A stretch of DNA of 64,000 nt, from IMG/VR virus record IMGVR_UViG_3300021420_000017, positions 1 to 64,000 of that record, one strand, 5' to 3'. Of this stretch, positions 30,022 through 37,300 are shown piece by piece. This DNA comes from a virus. Under the pieces are notes generated by a model. The model did not search any database. It had not been told where the DNA came from and saw nothing but the letters and a program-made list of their open reading frames with translations. The stretch's first letter is position 1; every line of letters starts with the position of its first letter. Both the position numbers and the translations under genes were made by a program.

Positions 30022-30707
30022 TGGGGAAGTCCGTCTCTCCTCTGCGCACCTCGATGGTGGAGATCAAGATCGGCAACCGGATCTATCCGGCCCATCGATC
30101 CAACCACTGTTCGGTCTGCATGCACCCGGCGCGCGCGCTGATTGAGGAGCGGCTGCTCCTGAATGAGCCCTACTCCTCGATTACGTCATGGGTCAGCGGG
30201 CTGGAGACGAGGCAGGACGACGGCACCCCGGTGACCTACGCGCATATCACCCCGCAGCAGTTGTCCAATCACTTCAAGCGGGGCCACTGCCCGCTCGATA
30301 CCAAGGTGCTGCACGAGATCACCGAGCAGTTGATGGCCGACGTCAGTGCCCCTTACGAGGAGTCCATTGGGCGCATTGTCGAGCCCCTGGTGCTGGCCAA
30401 GCTCACGATGATGCGCACCCAGGAGATGCTGGCCAGGGGCGAGCTGGTCCCCACTGTGCGAGAGGGCCTCGCGGCGGCCAAGTTGGTGCACGCCATCGAG
30501 ATCGATGCCCAGCCGACCGAGATGGAGCGCCTGCAGCTCTATGCCGAGGCAGTAAGGGTCTACTTCGCCTCGGTGCGCAAGCACGTGGACAAGGCCACCT
30601 GGAATGCTATTTCCGATGACCTGGCAGGAAGCCAGGAGCTAGCCGCGATCGACGCCAAGTTGAGCGAGATCGACAACATCCAAGACGCAGAACTGGTGGA
30701 AGGTTAA
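30021..30707 (+). CDS. Zn/HTH protein, possible terminase small subunit
   Basis: CSVC..H, ITPQQLSNHFKRGH helix; position upstream of terL. Confidence 0.4.
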   Translation: MGKSVSPLRTSMVEIKIGNRIYPAHRSNHCSVCMHPARALIEERLLLNEPYSSITSWVSGLETRQDDGTPVTYAHITPQQLSNHFKRGHCPLDTKVLHEITEQLMADVSAPYEESIGRIVEPLVLAKLTMMRTQEMLARGELVPTVREGLAAAKLVHAIEIDAQPTEMERLQLYAEAVRVYFASVRKHVDKATWNAISDDLAGSQELAAIDAKLSEIDNIQDAELVEG

Positions 30708-30710
30708 GCA

Positions 30711-31127
30711 ATGAGTGGACTCTGGACTCCGCAAGGCTCAGGAACGTCGGCGATCGAGATCGATGATTCGCAAGTGGAACTGCACGATAGCGACTTCCTC
30801 AAGATCGAGAAGGGTCCGCTCGCGTACGCCCGAGAAAGGGCGCACTCCTCGATGGAGATCGACGCCTTCGTGCGGGCGATGTCGCATGAGTTCTATCAGA
30901 TCGGTCTGGTGGTAGACGTTCAGCCCTGGACCACGCAGCAAGAGGGCACCTACATTTTTAAGTGCGTCATTGTGAAGCGACTCACCGAGTTCGATCCGGA
31001 CCGGCAGGTTCATGAAGTGGTGTCTAACATTCTTGAGATCCCCGGCGAGGGTGGTTGGATCAATACAAAGAACGCGATGCAGGATCGCGATAAGAGTCGG
31101 GGAGACAATGGCCGACACAAGCATTGA
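30711..31127 (+). CDS. hypothetical protein
   Basis: Codon bias, operon position. Confidence 0.7.
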   Translation: MSGLWTPQGSGTSAIEIDDSQVELHDSDFLKIEKGPLAYARERAHSSMEIDAFVRAMSHEFYQIGLVVDVQPWTTQQEGTYIFKCVIVKRLTEFDPDRQVHEVVSNILEIPGEGGWINTKNAMQDRDKSRGDNGRHKH

Positions 31128-31425
31128 GGTAGACCTGTACACCATTTTCCTGGGTGGTATACATATCGCTTGCTACGAGTGTGACGTGGTCAGTCATGAG
31201 ATCGAGATCGGGATATTCATCGACGATTCTGAATCAGAGATGGAGTCGATCGGGGTTATCAAGTTCGATAGCTGTCAGCACTTGTATATGTGTGGTTGTC
31301 TCACAGATATTATTGCTCTTGCGATCGAGCACCATCAGCAAGGCGTTCTCAGCATCCATGACATCTGCAAGCTGGATGGCTGCACATGCCCCGCCGACGA
31401 TGAAGATGCGTCTGATCCGTCATGA
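31108..31425 (+). CDS. Cys/His-rich hypothetical protein
   Basis: GGAG RBS, ATG 31108. Confidence 0.55.
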   Translation: MADTSIEVDLYTIFLGGIHIACYECDVVSHEIEIGIFIDDSESEMESIGVIKFDSCQHLYMCGCLTDIIALAIEHHQQGVLSIHDICKLDGCTCPADDEDASDPS

Positions 31426-33491
31426 CATCCATGCGGGTGCGCCCTCGCCCGAAACAGGCGGCCAGCTCTTTCGCGCTGCCCAGGATCACGAATCATCGTG
31501 AGGCGATGGGGGACCTGAGTCTGAAGGTGCCCGACCCGATCACCTTCGCCACCAGCGAGAAGTACCTCAACCGCTATCTCTACCCCCGGCAGGCGACCTT
31601 CCTCAAGGTCATCTTCCTGCGGTTGGACCTGTTCACCGCCTATGACTATCAGGTCGTCGCCGAGTGGGAAGAGTCCTTCAAGGACACCCAGAGCAACGGC
31701 ATCACGCCCGGGGTCATCGATCGGATGATCTATCTGAAGGCGAATGGCCACAAGTGGTTCCGTGAGGTGCTGCTGGTGCTCGGCCGCCGCGCCGGTAAGG
31801 GCTACGTGTGCGCCATCGCGATGGCATACGTGCTGTGGAACTACATGGCCAAGGGCGACCCGCAGAAGGCCTACGGCATCGACCGCGATAAGCAGCTCAC
31901 CTGCCTGATATATGCGGGCAAGAAGGAGCAGGCCAAGGCTAACCTGTACAAAGATCTCTACAACGTCATTATCGGCGCCGAGTGCTTCACGCCCTACATC
32001 CCCGGCCGTCCGCTGGGCGACTCGATCTCCATCAACGCTCCGGTCGATGCAGAGAAGATGCGCAAGCTCGCCGCGCGGGGGATCCGACCCAACCTCGACC
32101 TGGCCACGTTCAAGATCGAGCCCCGTGAGGCCACGGCCATGTCAGCTCGTGGTGGGGCTGGTTTCATGTTGGGCTTCGATGAGTTCGCTCACGTCAACAA
32201 GTCGGTGTCGGCCAGCGATGCGGATGCGATCTATGGCTCGGCCAAGCCTTCGCTCGACCAGTTCAAGAAGGACGCCTTCATCGTTGAGCCCAGCTCGCCC
32301 TGGGAGATGATCGGTCAGTTCTACATCAACTGGCAGCACGCGCAGGAGATCGACCCGGAGACGGGTCTGCCGACCTACCCCGAGATGTTGCTCCTCCAGC
32401 TCGCCAGTTGGGAGATCTACTACGACTGGGACACCGCCGACGAGCTGCCCTTGTTCCCGGAGGAGTTCCTTGGCGACCTGGGTGAGTACGAGACCATCGA
32501 CCCGCCTTCGCTCTACACCCAGCGCAATGACGATGGGGAGCCCATCCCGCCTCCGCAGGAGTATGACGAGGCGATGAAACGGGAAGAAAAGGGTAATCCT
32601 GATACTTTCGCCGTGGAACGTCTCAGTCACTGGCAAACAACTCAAGACGCCTATTTAGACCGCGAGAAGATCGCAGAGATGTTCCAACCATTCGCCGGGC
32701 AGCCCGCTCTGCAGATGACCACCAGAGGGGCGCTGGGGACTTACTACCTCGGGCACGCCGACCCCAGCACGGTGAACGACAATTTCGGCCTCGCGGTAGG
32801 GCACACCGAGCGAGATCCGCTGACCGGCTTTCAGTGCGTCGTCTTCGATTACCTGCATCACTGGAACCCGGCCGACTGGCCTGATCACACCATCAACTAT
32901 GTCGAGATCAACAAACAGCTCTGGGATATTATTAAGGGGTTTCCGGTCGACGTCTTCACCTTCGACCAGCATCAGAGTAAGTTCTTCATCGACGAGTTGA
33001 ATATGCGAGCGCGCAAGTCTCAACTGCCGAAGACACCGCGCATCGGGCTGAACACCCAGACCGCTCCGCGCAAGCTCAAGGTCGCAGAGAACTTCAAGAT
33101 TGCGTTGAATCAAGGGTGGGTAAAATCGCCCTTTTACGAACAAGCAGAACAAGAGCTACAATTTCTACAATTCAAAAATGGCAAGGTAGTACACCAGGAG
33201 CGCGGGCCGGTACAGCACGATGACGTGGCGAGCTGCATGTTCGAGGTGGTCTATGCCCTGCTGGGTAACCAGGTTAAGAGCTGGCGCGACGGGGACAACC
33301 TGATCCCCTTGACCGGAGCCGCCTCGGGCGGGATCCGGCCCTTCATGTCGCCCGGCACTGAGAACGACAACGCGATCATCAGTCAGTTCACCGAGCTGCG
33401 GAAGAGCCGGGGACAGAGCTATTCCCCTGCCCGGGGACCGCGCCCTGACTCGATGCGCCGACCGGGCCCCTCGGGCGGATTCCGCAGGTAG
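31422..33491 (+). CDS. terL: terminase large subunit
   Basis: Walker A LGRRAGKG, Walker B LGFDEFAH, RNase H-like GHADPS..ND.F, FDQHQS, HDDVA. Confidence 0.88.
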   Translation: MTSMRVRPRPKQAASSFALPRITNHREAMGDLSLKVPDPITFATSEKYLNRYLYPRQATFLKVIFLRLDLFTAYDYQVVAEWEESFKDTQSNGITPGVIDRMIYLKANGHKWFREVLLVLGRRAGKGYVCAIAMAYVLWNYMAKGDPQKAYGIDRDKQLTCLIYAGKKEQAKANLYKDLYNVIIGAECFTPYIPGRPLGDSISINAPVDAEKMRKLAARGIRPNLDLATFKIEPREATAMSARGGAGFMLGFDEFAHVNKSVSASDADAIYGSAKPSLDQFKKDAFIVEPSSPWEMIGQFYINWQHAQEIDPETGLPTYPEMLLLQLASWEIYYDWDTADELPLFPEEFLGDLGEYETIDPPSLYTQRNDDGEPIPPPQEYDEAMKREEKGNPDTFAVERLSHWQTTQDAYLDREKIAEMFQPFAGQPALQMTTRGALGTYYLGHADPSTVNDNFGLAVGHTERDPLTGFQCVVFDYLHHWNPADWPDHTINYVEINKQLWDIIKGFPVDVFTFDQHQSKFFIDELNMRARKSQLPKTPRIGLNTQTAPRKLKVAENFKIALNQGWVKSPFYEQAEQELQFLQFKNGKVVHQERGPVQHDDVASCMFEVVYALLGNQVKSWRDGDNLIPLTGAASGGIRPFMSPGTENDNAIISQFTELRKSRGQSYSPARGPRPDSMRRPGPSGGFRR

Positions 33492-33516
33492 AGCGATCTT
33501 AAGGGAGAATCAAGGA

Positions 33517-33744
33517 ATGAAGATCATGATGATAGTGGCACCCTCTGAGGCGGAGTATGAGGTCGGCACTCAGCGCGTTATTGAGCAGTTGGAAAATGTT
33601 CTCCCGGTGGTTGATTTGACATTAGTTAGGGCAGATTTTGCAGATATATGTAGTCGAAAATCAGTACATATCTTGCTAGATGCCCTGCTTGATGCGGCGA
33701 ATGAAGATTGCGCGCGGCGAGGACTGACCGCAGATCTGGTCTGA
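33517..33744 (+). CDS. hypothetical protein
   Basis: AAGGA RBS; AT-richer. Confidence 0.5.
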   Translation: MKIMMIVAPSEAEYEVGTQRVIEQLENVLPVVDLTLVRADFADICSRKSVHILLDALLDAANEDCARRGLTADLV

Positions 33745-33756
33745 TATTCCTGTCGC

Positions 33757-33785
33757 TGGTTACTCGACCGGCGTCTGGATAGCGT
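33757..33785 (+). promoter_or_regulatory. SigA-like promoter, probably leaderless mRNA for 33792
   Basis: TGGTTA-CTCG...-TAGCGT (17-nt spacer) ending 6 nt before ATG 33792. Confidence 0.55.
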
Positions 33786-33791
33786 TCTGGC

Positions 33792-34262
33792 ATGGATGAC
33801 AACGAAGACATCGACTATGCCGTTGAGCTGCGCCGCCTCGGGGCCAAAGACCCACTGCGCCCGATGCGGGCTCGATGGTTTCTCGATGCAGACGGTTCGA
33901 ATCGTGCGCCCGTCCTGAACATCTACCCGCCCGATGGTGGGTCGATTGTGCGCACTCTGGGAGTCGGGGTGAACTTTCTTGGCCTGTGGAAGGAGCCGCA
34001 GGTCAACTACTATTTTGACAGCAACGAGATCGGCAAGACGTGGGAGCAGATCGCGGCGCATGCCTATGGCCAGGTGCTGCGCCAGCGAGCACTGGCCGAA
34101 CGACTAGGCCGGGTCGGAATCAGGCGCGAGCCCGAGCCCTACATCCTGGATGGCACTGAGCCCAACTCGGTCAAGCGCAGCATGGTGCTGAACTTCGATG
34201 AGCTGGATATGCTCTTGGACCTGGCCAAGGTGCCGCAGAGCGATCTCGACCTCTTGAAGTAG
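33792..34262 (+). CDS. hypothetical protein
   Basis: Codon bias, own promoter. Confidence 0.7.
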   Translation: MDDNEDIDYAVELRRLGAKDPLRPMRARWFLDADGSNRAPVLNIYPPDGGSIVRTLGVGVNFLGLWKEPQVNYYFDSNEIGKTWEQIAAHAYGQVLRQRALAERLGRVGIRREPEPYILDGTEPNSVKRSMVLNFDELDMLLDLAKVPQSDLDLLK

Positions 34263-34372
34263 TGAGAGGTCTTCCCGCGCCGGGCCGACCCCAGGACCCG
34301 ACCGCAGCGCGACCTGATCAGAGGCACCCGGCGCGGGAGCCCGTTCTGTCTAGTCCGCCCGGGAGGGATCTA

Positions 34373-37300
34373 GTGGTAAGAATCGAGCCTGCTCCGTCTC
34401 CTCAGCGAGTCCCGGGTGAGAGCACTGAGCACTTCCTCATGCGGCAAGCCAACTGGAAGCTGGATCGGGATTCCTTCCGGCGCCTGGCTGGATGGGAGGA
34501 CGAGAATGACGCTGACGACGGCCGGATGCAGCACAGACCGGCCGACCGGGATGGCACGCCGATCCACGATATGACCCATAACTTTCCATCCGATATCTAC
34601 ACACATCCGCACTACTACTCAGACATGACTGAGCCTTCCAATCAGAAGGCCCATGACGTCATTAATCGGGTGCGCGGCAATCCTGAGGCCAACGTGCACA
34701 TCTACCGGTCACTGCCCGCCGAGCATGCCCACCAGGGGTTCCGGCCAGGCGACTGGGTCTCGACCTCCAAGGACTATGCCAGGCAGCACGGCACCCACGC
34801 CAGCGACCCAAAACACGACTGGCCGGTCATCCACACCGTGGTCAAGGCCAAGGATCTGCACACCGACGGCGACGACTTCCGCGAGTTTGGCTACAACGGC
34901 GATGAGCGCAAGCCGGGCAACGTTGCCTTCAAGGGCGGCTACCACCAGGAGGTGCGTGATCATCCCGATGGTGGTGTGGTGCCGGTAGTGCATCGGGGTC
35001 CGACCCCGACGAAGGGATACACCTTCCGTAACAGCCAGCAGTCCTGGGATGGCAGCGCTGGCAGCGCTGGTCACATCACGGCCTATGCTCCCGATGAGTC
35101 CTACGCCGGGCATGCTACCTACTGGCACGGTAAGCCCGACGAGACGCACATCGACCCTGACCACCAGCATTTGGCCGATGAGCTGACCGAGCGCATGCAC
35201 AGGATGATCCCGAAGTTCCGGGAGGCATCTTTGCAGGTAGAGGCTGTCCCGGCTCCACAGAGAGCGCCTGGGGAGAGTATCGAGCACCTGCGCGCCAGGC
35301 ATGCCAACTGGCGGCTCGACCAGTGGGCGCTCCAGATGCTGGCTGGAGCGGACAAGATCGAGCACCCCTACCTGCAGGTGCTGGATCACGAACTGGAAGA
35401 TCTGGATGACGAGGGACTGTCAGCGCAGGCCGTCCAGGTGCCGCCAGCGGGCCTGAGTTTCACCCACGACGACATGGAGACTGGCGGCTCTAAGCATCCG
35501 ATCAGAACCCATCTGCGGGCGCATACGCCGGAGGACGGTCAGGTCGGCGCGCTCATCTATTACCCACCCAGGCGCCGCAATGGCGTGGTGACGATCCACA
35601 ACTTGCATGTTGAGCCAGATCAGCGGCGCCGGGGGATCGGTAGCGCGCTGATGGATGAGGTTCAGCGTCGCCACCCGGATTCGACCCTAGATCATGGAGA
35701 TAGGACCGCAAACGGGGAGGATTGGTGGGAAGGCTATACAGACGGCAAGACGGTGCGTCGGGGTCGCACGGCTTTGCTGGAGAGGGTCGAGAAGTTGGGT
35801 CCGATCATTCCGGTCGCGGGTGTTTTGGAAGGGTCAAGCACCCCCTACGACGCGACGTATCAGACCCCCGACGATCTGCATTATCTCCATCGAGATCCCC
35901 AAGGCGTGTACTCGCGCACGAAGGCTGGCCGATTGAGTGGATTTCTGAACTGGAACAGCCAGGGCGAGGTCGGATCCGTTCAGGTCCACCCGGATTACCG
36001 TCGACATGGGCTTGCGAGCGCTCTCTGGGAGCACGCCAAGATGGCCGAACCTAACTTGCACCACTCGACCACTTTGTCCAATGACGGTGCGGCCTGGGCC
36101 GAGAAGACTGCCGGGGCCGAAGGCGCTAATTACGCTAATATTCGTTTTCAGAAGGAGGATGGAGATTCTCATAACGAGTACTCTTTGTTTGCGGTGCATC
36201 CAGATCATGGGGATGTAGGGTATTTAAGGTACAGCGATGGAGGGGATCCTGCCGCTCAGGTTCAGGTTCACATGATGAGGGTGCGTCCTCAGCACCGACG
36301 CAGGGGCGTCGGTAGTGCGTTGATGGATGAGTTGCAGCGGCGATATCCCGGCGCTTCGATTGATCACGGTGACAGGACCGCCAACGGGGATGACTGGTGG
36401 GCTGGCTACTCCGACGGTAAGACGGTGCGCCGAGGTCGGACGGCTGCCGTGTCTCAGACCCACTGGCACGTCAGTGACAGTCGCAATCGGGACTCGATCG
36501 CCGAGCATGGGTTGGATCTTGCGCACAGCTCCGACGGTCAGCACATTTGGCTGCACGGAGATGAGGACGAGGCCCGCCAGTACCAGCAGATGGGCGCGAC
36601 TCGCGACATGCACGGCACTCCTGTGACCAAGGATCTCTACCGCGTCGACACCACCGGCTACCGGACTTCCAAGGAGCCGCACGGGGTCGCCGATATCGGC
36701 CAGAGGGTGGTCAAGCGATCCATCCCGCCCGAGCGCATTGAGCGCATCGAGTCGTCACTTGTTACTCGATCCCTTCTAGTGGAGAATGTTGTCTATGAGC
36801 ACCCACGGATCGATCCAGAAGTACTCCGCCGAGGATCTGGAGTCGGCTCGGTTGAACGGCATGTCGCCCGAGGAGCACGCGAAGATCCTCGACCGGATCA
36901 GCTACTTCGACACGCCGCATCCGGAGAGTGTGTGTCCTCCGCACATTTCTTCCCGGGAATGGCACGCGATGCAGCGGGCAGCCAGCAAGGCGCCACAGAG
37001 CCTCTGAGTTACGATCCACATCCGCAGATTGCCAGTGATCTTCGATTGCTGCCGGATCGGGTGCAGGATGCATTTCACGACCGCGTGGACGGGCTGCGTA
37101 GCGGCGAGCGGCATCCGTCAACTCATCCGCTTAAGGGCAAGCTTCAGGGCGGTTGGCATGGGACGTCGATCGGCGGGAATCAGTATCGGATGATCCATAG
37201 GGTGCGCGACGGGGTGTTGCAGGTGTCGGCCGCCGGTGCTCATGACGACGCTTACAACAACGCGATCAAGCGGCAGAAGGGTACTAACTCCTACTTCGGT

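Noticed and set aside
34262-34372. First 37 codons of the 1965-aa ORF as protein
   Set aside because: Pro/Arg filler without RBS; a GGAGG-GTG start at 34373 coincides with the repeated leader peptide.
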